A DNA stretch of 64,000 bases, taken from Camelus dromedarius. Lineage: Eukaryota. Both the position numbers and the translations under genes were made by a program. The notes under the pieces are model-generated. The model did not search any database. It saw nothing but the letters and a program-made list of their open reading frames with translations, and was not told the DNA's origin. Where the stretch lies: NCBI RefSeq assembly GCF_036321535.1, contig NC_087437.1, positions 61,940,001 to 62,004,000 on the forward strand, written 5' to 3'. This document shows positions 1 through 12,325 of the stretch, in pieces. Within the stretch, counting starts at the first letter, position 1. Every line of letters starts with the position of its first letter.

Positions 1-170
1 TCAAGTGTCATCTTGTTTAATCCTCACAGAGTCATATGATGAGGATCATTTCTACATTTCCAAGAGGAAGATCTAAGACTAAGAGTAGTTTAATGAATTT
101 TCTGAAGTCAAACCCTAAAGTAAGAAGGAGCTGGAATTAGAATTCACGTTTGTCTGATGTTAGATTCCTT
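1..170 (-). mobile_element. MIR SINE fragment
   Basis: tttaatcctcaca...gagctggaattagaattca...gtctga resembles the antisense MIR core. Confidence 0.65.
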
Positions 171-1505
171 ATTTCCTACAACCATATTTGCTGCTCTCTA
201 GGGGAAATCACATTTAAAAGGGAAGGAGGAATGTTTAACTTTACTAACACTCTAAAAATGTAAGTTATAATTATTGAGATACTATTTAACATTTAATTTG
301 TAACCATTTATAAAGATGGTAATATCTAGTGTTTGTGAAATAGTTGGTGGTGGTGGCAGTGTAAAGTATTACCTACAGCTCCTTTGGGAAAGATTTTGGC
401 AGTACTATCAAGGGTCTTAAGTCTCATGTAATCATTGCCGTGTTGAAAGGTAATTGAAAAGAGAAGCTATGTGTCTAGATTTTCAAAATAAGATCATCTA
501 ATAGAATGTCATAAAACTTTCTGTCCTTTTTAACTTTAATCCCATACTACTTTAGTGAGGTTAGAGAAGGCATTCTTACCAGATGATTCAGAGCTGGGGA
601 GGATGATGGGGTAAGTCTGTCCAATTTCTTCTGTTGTCATTGCGTTTTCTAGGTGTTGGTCCTCCCCTGTCGATTGTCATGTGATCAGTTTTCAAAAAGG
701 AAGGCTTGTCAACAGAAGTGAAATTGAGTAGCAATCTAGACTAAATCATTGGGTGCAGCCCCTTTTCCCTGGTACCACGATTCTGATTACCAACAACCAT
801 TGAGTTAATCTGGTTTCAGGTTTTAATAATCTCATGTTTCATTTCTCTGCCATTTTTGTCTTTTCCCTAGAAATGGTAATTGTTGGTCTATAGTTTATAG
901 TTTTTCTTTGCTTTATCTTTTTTTCATTTTCTGATGACCTAGATACCAGTCATCTTACATTTTGGTTGGCTAGAACGATTTGTTTCCAAGCGTAGTTGAT
1001 ACCAGAAGCATTGCTGGTCCAGTAACAACTGCTGCCTGTCTCTTGGTCACCTCATTAACCATAAAGTAGTTCCATGTGTGGTTGCTCACCTTTGTGGAGT
1101 ATGAAAACTCTTGCCTCTTTATGTCATGCTCTATGGACCAAAATCTTTTCCAGAGCTCTAATTATTATGGTAGAAGCTCCTTTTGTATCAGCTTCCAGAA
1201 GTGATACACTTTAAAGAAAAAAAAAACAACTTCTAAATACCTGGTATTCAAAAACTTTTTCTTTGAATTTTGGATATGCATTTTCTTTGAGATTTTGGAT
1301 ATGCATTTTATACCTAAGGTGCTTCAACTTACTTGACAGTGGAACCACTTTAAATAACCAAACAACCTTTGGCACTTTATAGGATTCTCAAAAAATAATT
1401 GGGAAATAACATCCTAGAGAAATTAGCTTAGAGGTCTGGGGACAACCCTGGAAAGTTTCAAGCATAAAAAGATGATGAACTTTGTCCTGAAAGTGGAGTC
1501 TGGTA

Positions 1506-1692
1506 CAGGGGTTGACAAACTTTTTTTGAAGGCCATATAGTAAATATTTTCAGCTTTTTAGCCTATATGGTCCCTGTTGGATCTATTCAGCTCAGCTATG
1601 AAAGCAGCCACAGACAGCACTAACATAACTGTGTCCAGTAAGACTTTCCAGAAATAAGCTGCAGACCTGTATGTAGTGTGCTGCCTCCTAGT
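1506..1692. mobile_element. MER58A-like hAT-Charlie DNA element
   Basis: caggggttgacaaacttttt...gtaaatattttcagcttt...gcagccacagaca matches the MER58A pattern. Confidence 0.7.
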
Positions 1693-2481
1693 CTACCAGG
1701 TATATGTTCCTCATAGCATGTCAGGGGAAGATGGAGAACATTTTATGAGCCTCTTACACCTGCTCTGAGTTTTTGCAATGTGGTTTGCTCAGTTTAAGCT
1801 GAAGTATTGAAAGAATTAAGATTTATTGTATGGTTAATGTTTAATTCCTCAAATTACTTATGTTGGAGTAAGAAATTAGAGGGTAGTTTATCTTCAGGGT
1901 TTACATTTAGAAATTGTATACTAGGTTTTTTGGGATTTTTTTTTTCCCAGAGTTTTATGTGGGATTGGCTTTTGGTCTTCCAGTTCATGTCCATAACACT
2001 TTGGGGGGAAGTAAAGCAGATTACCACATATTTGTTTTTGATTTCTGTAAAATTTATGTGAATGGCTAGGCAGTACACATTTTATCTCAATGATCTAAAC
2101 TGTAATTCTGCTGTTATTAAAATACCTAATTTTAAGTATATTGCACATGTGCAGCATTTATGTATAAAATTATCAGTAGAATTGAAAATGTTTATATTCT
2201 TTCCCCTGGTAAATTCCACCTGGAGGATGTCATCTTAAGGAAACAGTCTGAAATTTGGAAAAAGCCTAACTCTCAGAGATGCTTATTTCAACATTATTTA
2301 TAATACTGAAAAAATTAGGGATAACTAAATAGCTGACAAGGAATGCTTATATATTTTATACACCACTAGATGGAATTTTATGTATCTATTGAAAAGAATG
2401 TATTAAAAGTAATATTAACCTGCTGGATAAAAATACTACCACTCTTGGTATAAGAAATTTTTAAATGTTAATTAAAACTTA

Positions 2482-2730
2482 CGGGGGGGGAGAGAGGGAT
2501 AAATTGGGAGTTTGGGATTGGCAAATACAGACTATTATGTACAGAATAGATAAACAACAAGGTCCTGCTGTATAGCACAGGGAACTGTATTCAGTGGCTT
2601 GTAGTAACGTGTAATGAAAAAGAATATGTATATATACATATGTTAACTGAATCACTATGCTGTCTCCCAGAAACGAATACAACATTGTAAGTCAACTATA
2701 CTTCAATTTAAAATGTTTTAATATAAAAAA
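2482..2730 (+). mobile_element. 5'-truncated L1 3' end (cetartiodactyl type)
   Basis: gggataaattgggagtttgggatt...ctgtatagcacagggaact...caactatacttcaat followed by an A-rich tail. Confidence 0.85.
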
Positions 2731-2733
2731 ACC

Positions 2734-2790
2734 TATATGTGTGTGTGTGTGTGTGTGTGTGTATACACACACACACACACACACATATAT
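2734..2790. repeat. Compound microsatellite (TG)n-TA-(CA)n
   Basis: Directly visible; self-complementary around gtatac at 2761-2766. Confidence 0.95.
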
Positions 2791-3006
2791 AAAGAAATAT
2801 GAAAGTGATTACATAAATATGATGACAGCTCTAGGTTTTTTCCCCATAATGAGACTTTGAGAGATTTAGCTTTTTCTTTTCCATATTTTCCAAGTATATT
2901 GTACTAAACATATATATATATTTTTTTAATGAGGATAAAATCTCTTTTTTTTAAATAATCTGTATATAGCTTTGACCTAATAGTTTCTTTTAAACGTTTA
3001 TTCCAG

Positions 3007-3068
3007 AGAGTAGCAGATCGACTGTACGGTGTATATAAAGTACATGGGAATTATGGGCGAGTTTTTAG
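3007..3068 (+). CDS. SNX4: Sorting nexin 4, internal coding exon (RVADRLYGVYKVHGNYGRVF-S)
   Basis: ttccag| acceptor, AG|gtaagc donor; 62 nt, phase 0 to 2; peptide recognised as SNX4 BAR-domain region. Upstream exons lie outside the window. Confidence 0.96.
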
Positions 3069-3611
3069 GTAAGCATTCTACAAACTTTTATAATAAACAA
3101 CAACTAGCTCTAATTAGCTGTTTTAAAATATATGAGTCTGGAGATTAAAAGATTATTTTTTAAATGATGTCCTATAGTAGTAGCTTTCAAACTTTTCATT
3201 TTAAAAGCCTTTCTTTAAAAAAAAAATAGTGAGGAAGTTCAATATTTTGAGCAGATTAAAGTTAAAATACTCTGAAACAGTGAGTGATGTCTTTTACTTT
3301 CTTGGCAGAATGCCCAAGAAGATTCCTTGGAAAATCACTGTCATATAGAACTAGTGGTTTTCTTGTTCTTTTCTTTCTTTATATTGCTTTATAATTTCTG
3401 AAGGCTTTTTCAAGATGGATTTTTCAGTCTGGGGGTAATATTAGTGTAAATTAGAATATTTACTTGTGTATATAACTTGCATATCTTGTTTGTTTTTGAA
3501 ACTTCTCTTCTGTGAATTTGTGTGTATGTTAATTATTTTGTGGTATTTTAGAAGTTATCCACATCTTGTAAGAAAAATGTCCTTGCTAATGTTCCACTAT
3601 AAGTTCTTTTA

Positions 3612-4760
3612 AGTGAATTAATTAAAAATAATTCACTCAACATATTTGAATAGGTTGTATATTCATATAGCACAAAATTCAACAGGAAAAAAAGCTTATG
3701 TAGTGAAAAATCGCTTCACTCCTGCCTGTCAACCACCTGAGTCTCCTCTTAGCTAACGTTAGTTTCTTAGTTTTTTGTGTGTCCTTCTAGTAAAATGTAG
3801 CACTGTAAATATATTAACATACCAACAAATGTGTTTTTCTCTTTTTTTAACATGGAAAGGGAGCATGTTGTGTACATTGCTATGTTCAGTTGTTTTATTT
3901 TGCTTTTTTAACTTAAAATCTGCTCTCAAAGATATACTGTTATCAGTAAATAACTATATTGGGCTTTATTGATTGAGCAGGGGCATCATAATTTATGTAA
4001 CCAGTTTCTTCTTGATATTTACTTCCAGTCTTCTGCTATTGTTTTCAGTGCTGCAATAAATGTTCTTGTTCATGTCATTTCACACATGTATGAGTATATA
4101 TGCAGGGTAAAAGTCTACAGATGTTATTACTGGGCCTAAGGACAATGAACTTGTAGTTTTGGTAGATAGTGCCCAATTGCCCTGTGTGGAGGATGTTCAG
4201 CTCCCACCAGCAAAGTATTAATATGTTTCCTCACCCCCTTTCCCAAATAGTGTGTTAGCAAACTTTTGTCTTTACCAGACTGATGGTGAAAAATAACTTC
4301 TCAATGTAGTTTTAACTTGCATTTCTCTAATTATCAGTAAAGTTAAACCTTTTACCTTATGATTAACAGCTATTTTTCTCCGGTTTCATAAGATACCTTT
4401 TGCCCTTTTTTCTGTTGGGCTGGTGGTCTGATTTCTTACTTGATTTGCAAGAGTTCTTTATCTTTTAGGAAAATTAGGCCTTTGTGAAATGAATTGCAAC
4501 TTTTCCCCCCTTGATGATATATCTTTTGACTTTTCTTATGGTGGCTTTGGATATATAGAAATACTCAATTTATTAAATTCACTTAACATAAATGATTCGG
4601 TTTTTTCCTTTATAAAGTAGTAGCCTCTGATTTTTGTGTATATCTAATAAGGCCTTTCCCTCTATGGATTATAAAAAAAATTTTTCATTTGTTGTACATT
4701 TTTATTGTTTTATAGATTTTTGATTCATTTGAAATTTGTCAGGTGTGAGATGTGGATACA
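3612..4760 (-). mobile_element. Old L1 (L1ME-like) 3' region
   Basis: Degenerate antisense L1 motifs (cccaccagca, gttttaacttgcatttctctaatta, ctttttgccc). Confidence 0.65.
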
Positions 4761-5309
4761 AATTTATTTAATTTATTAAAGTAACAGGTTATCCATATGT
4801 CTTTGATCATACATTAAAATTAAATGCAAGTTGGGACAATATCAGCATTATATGATTTTTTTTTAATGAAGAGAAGCATATGATATCATAAACATGTAGA
4901 CCTCATAACTAAGACAGGAATTATATGGCTAAACAAAGGAATAAAGGGAAGAAAGGCAAATCGTATTTAACTTTCTGAAGTCTGCTGCATGGTATGTGAC
5001 TTCTCTGCAGTTGCTTTTAGATTTATGTACAAGTCAGCCCTGATTTTAAGAATATTACCCAAATTGGAATTCTCGTTAAGCTTGGGAATTTGCTCATTTG
5101 ATAATTAACATAAATCAGATCCTCCCAAAGGTAGTACATTTATTGTAAACAGTAAATGGACTCATATTAATTAAAGAGGCAAGTGAATAAAAGGTCATGT
5201 GGCTGAGTCAAAGTTTAAAATTATTTGCATTAATGTCTCATGATAAATTCTGTATAGGATTACCTTTGTGCTAACTCAGTAAATTAATAGAAAACCATTT
5301 TACATCTAA

Positions 5310-6260
5310 AGTATTTCATAAAAAGTGAGCCAGGGAGACCATAGGTAGTTGCAGTAATTTAAGCAGGTGATCAAGAGTCTGAACCAGAACAACGGCCCGT
5401 AGAAACTATTAAGGAGGCATAAATGATAAGATTTGCCGATGGATTCTTTCAGTCATGCAGCACACATTTGCTAATCTCCTGCTACCATGGTAGGTGCTAA
5501 AGATACCAAAGTTTAATTTGCAGGCAGCTGAATGATTAGGAGGATTGTGATAGAGAATATAGGAGAAATAGCAGGTTTGAGGAATGATAGAGTTCTGTTT
5601 TGGATAGATTGCATTTGTTTTAAGATTTCCATTAAGCAGTTGAAATTTGGATCTGCAGTTTAAGAGGCTAGTGAGAATATGAGTTGTGTATGAAAGACTA
5701 TCCTAGTAGAGTGATATTTAATTTAATGTAGGGTTAGGTGATGATGTTAGAGGGTTAGAGTAAGTTTTTGAGAGACTTGAGGGCCAAACCTTGGGAATAC
5801 CTGTGTTCAGGGCTCAGGCAAAGAAAAGGAACCAGTGAGGGAGACACTGAAACTGATGAGGAACCAGGAGTGTGCAGTGTCAACTAAGTAAAGGGAGCAC
5901 TTCAAGAAGTTGGAGTTTTACTGTAGAGGAATTGAGTTTAATTGAAAAAAGGGGAAATGGGTAAGTAACTTTGTGTTAATATGGAGAGCAATTTGGTTTG
6001 AGTAGTATGATGTTATATTGCAGTGGTCCTAGGAATCAGAGGAAAGACAGCAAGTTACTGATTAGGTTTTTAAGAAAGTCTCTGAGGTTATTCTTGAAGG
6101 GGTGTAGGGCCTGGTTATTGTGGTGGTGGTGGTTTTTTGCAAGGAGAAGCAAGAGTAAGAGGGTGGATGAGGAGAAGGTAGAGAGGAAGGTACAGGGCTG
6201 TCTTAAAGCAGAGGAGCAGTACTTGTAGGAGGCCACATTAGCTGGCCTCTGTCTTTGTAA
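5310..6260 (-). mobile_element. L2 fragments
   Basis: Purine-rich antisense L2 pattern (gagttctgttttgga, aagcagttgaaat, gaggaaccaggag). Confidence 0.55.
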
Positions 6261-6717
6261 AGCAGCTGTCTCTGCTGAGAATAGATCGGGGTGATTCTGT
6301 GGTTAGAAAGCTTGAGGGGAATGATACAGTGCAGTCTGTCTCAAACTAATGGAAAGAAGAATTCTTAACTGTGGCCTACTGCATACCCTCCTTTACCCAC
6401 CCTTACCAGCTCGGCTCCATGGGGGATTGGCTGGAAGCAGCTGTGGCAAGTGCAGTCTCTTTGAAGACTTGAGTTCTGTCAGTTCGTGCAAAATTCGCAT
6501 TTTATTCTTTAGAACATCCATGGTTGTTTAAGTATATATATGTCTAACTTTTTTCCCTCTCAGATGTTCAAATGTAAAAGTAAAGTTTATTCTTCAGAAA
6601 AATTGTGCCATGCAGATATGGCTTCAGATAACCAAGATGAAATATCCCAGTTTGAGAAGTGCTGATGAAGGTATCACTTGGGAATATGGGGAAGGATTGC
6701 TGAGCAGTGCCAGTTGG

Positions 6718-6720
<3 letters not shown>

Positions 6721-6770
<50 letters not shown>
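6721..6770. repeat. (TG)25 microsatellite
   Basis: Perfect run, directly visible. Confidence 0.98.
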
Positions 6771-6774
<4 letters not shown>

Positions 6775-7395
6775 ATCTTTTCTTTTTAATTTTTTCATTG
6801 TGTCATTACACTGACCATAGGAGTCATGAAAATATTCAGAAGTTGAGAATCACATAATTGGAAAGAAGTCTGTTTCTATTTTTTGATTTGAAATTTGAGA
6901 GAAAAAATACAAAGCTAATTTCATCTGCTTTGTTTCTTAATTTAAATGTTTTCAATATATATCAAGCAATTTTGTAAAATTATGCCTTATTGCTAAATTA
7001 GAGATTGGAGTGAAAGAATAGACTAAGAAAAAAGATTGAGCTATGAGTTGGAGAGGACTGTCAAAGGGGGAAGGACAGATGACAAGACATAAACTTTGAT
7101 ATAGGTAAGAAATGAGCAGGAATTAGATGCACAGAGAAGAAACAGGGAAGATTCCCTGTTGTAATATGTTCATGTTACACATTGCTGTTACTTTTTTTTT
7201 TTTTTTTAAATACAGGAGTTCATTTTGTGCTCATGAGTTCCTAAACTTTTTGCAGCTTCCTCCTGTATTACAGCACCTGATCCGATTTAGGATAGGCCAA
7301 AGGGTCATCCCACGTAGGTTCTTACAGGTCTTGTCTATATTTTCACTAGTTTCGGGAACTTTTAAGATCTACCTGTCAAGAATTGGACCAAACAC

Positions 7396-7735
7396 TGTTG
7401 ATCTGAAACAAATAGACTACCAGATATTTCTCCAGCAAAGATGGGTTTATTCAGAATCAGCAGAGAATTGCAATTTTGGGGGTATAACCACAGCAAGCCA
7501 CGTGCAAGTTCCTGCAGGGCAAAGGAGGAGAATGCTTTTATAGAGAGGAAAAGGACTTGGGAGGGCTATAGTAAACCGAAAGAGTCCATGGCTTTTCATT
7601 GGCTGAGTCCTTGCCAGAAAAGAAGTCTTTCTTCTTCCTTTTGGGGTCCACTGTGGACACAGGGCATGAGAGCTACCCCTTCCAACAGTTGGTCTTCCAG
7701 CTCTACTTAATTGAGGTTTCTGTTTGTTTGTTTTC
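7396..7735 (-). mobile_element. ERV-type LTR, antisense to SNX4
   Basis: On the minus strand CCAAT (7598-7602), TATAAAA (7536-7542) and AATAAA (7446-7451) occur in LTR order, ending ...TCAACA at 7396. Family not assigned. Confidence 0.55.
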
Positions 7736-7744
7736 CATTTTAAA

Positions 7745-7930
7745 CTTTTATTATTTTTTTAAATTAAAAAAAATTTTTTTTATTGAAGTATATACTCAGT
7801 TACAATGTGTCAGTTTCTGGTATACAGCATGTCCCAGTCATGCATACATATACACATATTCTTTTTCATTAAAGATTATTATAAGATATTGAATATAGTT
7901 CCTTGTGCTATACAGGGGAAATTTGTGTTT
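7745..7930 (-). mobile_element. Short L1 3' end
   Basis: Poly-T + attgaagtata...cccagtcatgcatacatatacacatatt...tgtgctataca; same subfamily pattern as 44482-44821. Confidence 0.8.
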
Positions 7931-8347
7931 TTGTCTTTTTTTTTTAAATATCTATTCAGTTGTGGGGTAAAATGGAAAGAGTGATTTCCAAACCTTTTTT
8001 TAGCATTGAATTTTGTTTAAATATCATCTTACACAGAAGTATAAACAAATAAAACTTACTAGTACAGACCTGGTTGCAGCTGGAGACTTTCCCTCCCATG
8101 CCTCTATCCCTGATGAACACCAGATTAAGTGACTAAATTTAGCTCTAAACCTCTTATTTTTCTTGTAATGTTTTTCATTCCTTTCCAAAATCTCAACACT
8201 TGGACATTCTTGGAGTTTTTTTCTTTCCTTCTTAATAGAATTGTAAAATACTACAGCAGGAGTGACCTTGGTAATTTTTTATAGTTCAGATTCCTTAATC
8301 TATGGGGTAAGGATAGACTTCAGATTCTCTGAAGTCTCTGAAATTAT

Positions 8348-9417
8348 TTATAGCTATTATAAAATATTTGCTATATCCCTGTGCTATACAATATATCCTT
8401 GTAGCTTGTTTATTTTATACATAGTAGTTTGTATCTCCTAATTTCCTACCCCATCTTACCCCTCCCCCTTCCTTCTCCGTACAGGTAGCCGCTTGTTCTC
8501 TATGTCTGTGAATCTGTTTGTTTTTGTTACATTCACTAGTTGGCTTTATTTTTTAGATTCCACATATATGTGATAACATACAGTATTTGTCTAACTTATT
8601 TCACTAAACATAATACCCTGTAGGTCCATCCGTGTTGTTGCAGATAGCAAAATTTTCGTTCTTTTTTTATAGCTGAGTAATACTCCATTGTGTATATATA
8701 CCACACTTCTTTATCCATTCGTCTGTTAATGGACACTTAGGTTGCTTCCATATCTTGGCTATTGTAAATAATGCTGTGAACATTTGGGTGCTTGTATCTT
8801 TTCGAATTAATATTTTCATTTTCTTCAGATAAATATCCAGGAGTGGAATTGCTGGATCATATGGTAGTTCTATTTTGGGTTTTTTTTGATGGACCTCCAT
8901 ACTGTTTTCCACAGTGGCTGTACCAATTTACCTTCCCACCTTCCTTTTTCTCTACATCCTCACCAACATTTGTTATTTGTGTTCTTTTGATAATAGCCAT
9001 CTAACAGGTGTGAGGCAATAGCTCATTGTGGTTTTGATTTGCATTTCTCTGATCATTAGTGATGTTGAGCATTGTATATGTCTTTTTTAGAAAAGCATCT
9101 CTCCAGGTCTTCTGTCCATTTTTTAATCATGTTGTGTTTTTTTTTCGATGTTGAGTTGTATGAGCTGTCTATATATTTTGGATATTATCAGTCATATCAT
9201 TTAAGTATGTTGTCTTTTCATTTTGTTGATGGTTTCCTTTGCTGTGCAAAAGCTTTTAAGTTGAATTAGGTCCAATTTGTTTATTTTTGCTTTGTCTCCT
9301 TTGCCTTAGGAGACAGATCCAAAAAAATATTGCTATAATTTATGTCAAAGAGTGTTCTGCTTATCTTTTCTTCAAAGAGTTTTATGTTTCCTGTCTTACA
9401 TTTAGATCTTTAATCCA
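8348..9417 (-). mobile_element. L1 fragment (ORF2 end + 3' UTR) with 18-bp TSD and no poly(A)
   Basis: ORF 8667..8912 gives [13 protein letters not shown]...W..PKCP (L1 ORF2 C-terminus); TSD tgaagtctctgaaattat at 8330-8347 and 9418-9435. Confidence 0.92.
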
Positions 9418-9729
9418 TGAAGTCTCTGAAATTATATGCAGAATTTTTTGTTTGTGATTTTTCCCTCCTTAGGGAAAAGGTCCAAAGTCTTCATCAGATG
9501 CTACAAAAGATCCATTACCCTGTTTGATCTGGTTCATCTGTGACAGTTACACCATCCATTAAGTACTTCATGAAAGCAATTATGCCTCTTACAAAGTTGA
9601 TGCTAAATCCTTCTACACTTTAGTATTTACTTGTTAATGGATTCCTGCTCTTCCCCACTAAACTGGTTACCATTTTCTATTTCCAGTCCTAGACATATCC
9701 CTGGACCCCAGTTAGAACCTTTCGTTTAG

Positions 9730-9862
9730 CTAGTGCTTCTTAAATTGTGATGGGCATTCAAGTCATCTGGAGAACTGTTATAATTAATATTCTGAGTCAG
9801 TAGATCTGTATTTCTAACGAGTTCCAGGTGGTACTGTTCACGGACCACAATTTGAGTAGTAG
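9730..9862. mobile_element. MER5A-like DNA element
   Basis: agtgcttcttaaattg...tgtatttctaacgagttcca...ggaccacaatttgagtag. Confidence 0.6.
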
Positions 9863-10759
9863 AGAGCTACCTATATATATATCTTGAGGGGAAAGGTCTT
9901 GTGCCTAGTAGTGGCTGTTGCGTAGAACCCAGTACATTTCCCTTTTCCCATTTATTAGTTATTGGTTCATTCTTTGATTTTCCTATAGCCTATAAATGCC
10001 AAGAATTTATCAGGCATTAAACTACTTGATGGGAATATATAGATAATTAAGTGTAAGTCCTACCTTTCTTGAACTAGTTTTTAGTCTTGTTTGCATATAC
10101 TACATGTTTTCAGCTACATTAAAATGAGTAAATAAAAAGGAAACATCAAATTTGTCATCTGTTAGTATTTAGGATTATTGGTTTATTTTCCCCATTTCTA
10201 TTAGAATACACATATACATCTTCCATAAAAAGGAATTTTTATTTCAAGCATTTTACAAAAATGACAATAAATAAAATGATCTGTGGTTCTAGTAGACTTT
10301 CTCATGCAACTTTTGTGCAAATTATTGAATTTTATGATGCACTTCATGTTTCTGTACAGATGTCTTTTTCTGTTAAAATAGTGTCACGTAATCAAGTGTG
10401 TTTATCAGAATCATCCATGTGGTGGTGGGAAATATACATTCCTCAGCTCTATCCCAGAGATTGTGATTAGGTAGATCAAGAGCAGGGTCAGCATCCGTAG
10501 TTTCTAAAAGCTCCATAGTTGGTTTAAATACACACCCTAGCTGAGAAGGTTGTCTGTAAGCAGAAGCTGTTTTGTATGATCCTTACCTTGCTCTTAGCAG
10601 CAGCAGATATAAACTTTTGAGTCAGAGAAAATAAATGCAAACATAGATCTGTACGTTGTTGAAAAGCTAGCTAGAAATAAAACCTTGTAAAAGATTTTAC
10701 ATTTAATAATATTCCATATCTATTTCATGATGTTTTTGGTTTTGTCTTTTTCTTCTTAG

Positions 10760-10825
10760 TGAGTGGAGTGCCATAGAAAAAGAAATGGGTGATGGATTGC
10801 AGAGTGCTGGTCATCATATGGATGT
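10760..10825 (+). CDS. SNX4: Sorting nexin 4 exon (EWSAIEKEMGDGLQSAGHHMD-V)
   Basis: Pyrimidine tract + ttag| acceptor, GT|gtaagt donor; 66 nt, phase 2 to 2, continues the frame of the previous exon. Confidence 0.97.
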
Positions 10826-10964
10826 GTAAGTACCTAGGGAGTTGAAGGCAAAACCTGAGGTGACATTTAGTGGTGCAATGTTAGTGATTCTTCTGTTCTT
10901 CTCTTTTTATACAGTTTGCTGGCATTTATATTGTGCTCTGTGTATACAGATTAGACTTAAAGAA

Positions 10965-11730
10965 GTTTATCTCAGGGGATGCAAGGTTAGTTTAACGTTG
11001 AAAAATCAATCAGTCCAGTCCACGTATTAGCAGAATAAAGAAGAAAACCAGTATGTTCATTTCAATACATGTAGAAAAAGCATTTCAACATCCAGTCACA
11101 GTAAAATTCTCATCAAACTAGGAATATAAAGAATTTCCTCAGTCTAAAACTTATAGCTAATATCATACTTAACAGTGAAATATTGATGCTTTCTCGTAAA
11201 ATCAGGAACAAGGCGAGGTTTTTTGCTCCCACCACTTCTATTAAACGTGGTACTAGAAGTCCTGGTCAGTACAGTGATGCAAGAAAATCAGAGGCATACG
11301 TCTTAGAAGGAAAGAAGTAAAACTGTTTTTATTTGCAGTTAACAGGATCTTTTACATAGAAATCCATAAAGAATTAACCAAAAATGTTATAGAACTAATA
11401 ACTAAATTTAATAAGGGTGCATGATACATAATAAATCAATGTATAAAAAATTAATTGTTTTATATACTAGCAACAATTGGAAAATAAAAACTTAAAAACA
11501 GTGCTGTTTATAATAACATCAAAACAGAATACTTACAGATTAATTTAATGGAATTAAATTACTCTACACTGAAAACTATATATAAGCATGGCTGGGAGAA
11601 AGTAAAGGCCTAAATAAATGGTGAAATAAACCATGTGCATGGATTGGAAGACTTAGTAGTGTCAGTATGAATCGCAATCCCAGTCACTCCAGTGACTTTT
11701 TTATAGAAATTGGTAAGCTGATTTAAAGTT
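10965..11730 (+). mobile_element. Old L1 ORF2 fragment
   Basis: aatcaggaacaaggc, ctagaagtcct, catggattggaagact are typical L1 ORF2 motifs. Confidence 0.8.
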
Positions 11731-11923
11731 TATTTCATTATTCTTTCTACGGATTTTGTAGCCCTTTTTGTAATATCTTTGAACAGAAGATATTAGAGTG
11801 CTTCTTAAGATACCTTAAGAAGGACCATTTTTTGTTTGTTTCATTTTTTTAATTTACAAGCCCTTGCTGATCAAAATATTTTGGTAAAATTCAATAAAAC
11901 TGTCATGATAATTAAAAATTGCT

Positions 11924-12166
11924 ATGGGGGAGTAAAAATTAGGAGTATGGGATTAACAGATACAAATTACTATACATAAAGTAGATAAGCAGCAAAGGTT
12001 TACTATTTAGCACAGGGAGTTACATTCAGTATCTTGTAATAACCTATAATGGAAAATAATCTGAAAAAGTCACGTGTATGTATAACTGAATCACTTACTT
12101 TACTGTATACCTGTATACAGAACCTAACACAATATCATTAATCAACTATACTTCAAAAAAAAAAAC
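11924..12166 (+). mobile_element. 5'-truncated L1 3' end
   Basis: Same 3' end type as 2482-2730; poly-A tail; flanking aaaaattgct/aaaaactgct is a probable TSD. Confidence 0.85.
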
Positions 12167-12325
12167 TGCTGTAAAATGTTTCTAAATGCTTATTTATACT
12201 TCATGTACTTTTGTCACTGATGAGCAGCAAGTGATCTGCGGACCAGCTTTGAATAGCCCTTCTTTAGAACATTGATACTTGTGTCCTGCTAAAAGTTACT
12301 CTATGCAATGTTTCTTTTTAAACAG

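Noticed and set aside
1258..1309. About 24-bp tandem duplication (ttttggatatgcatttt twice)
   Set aside because: A two-copy slippage duplication with no spacer structure; not an array.
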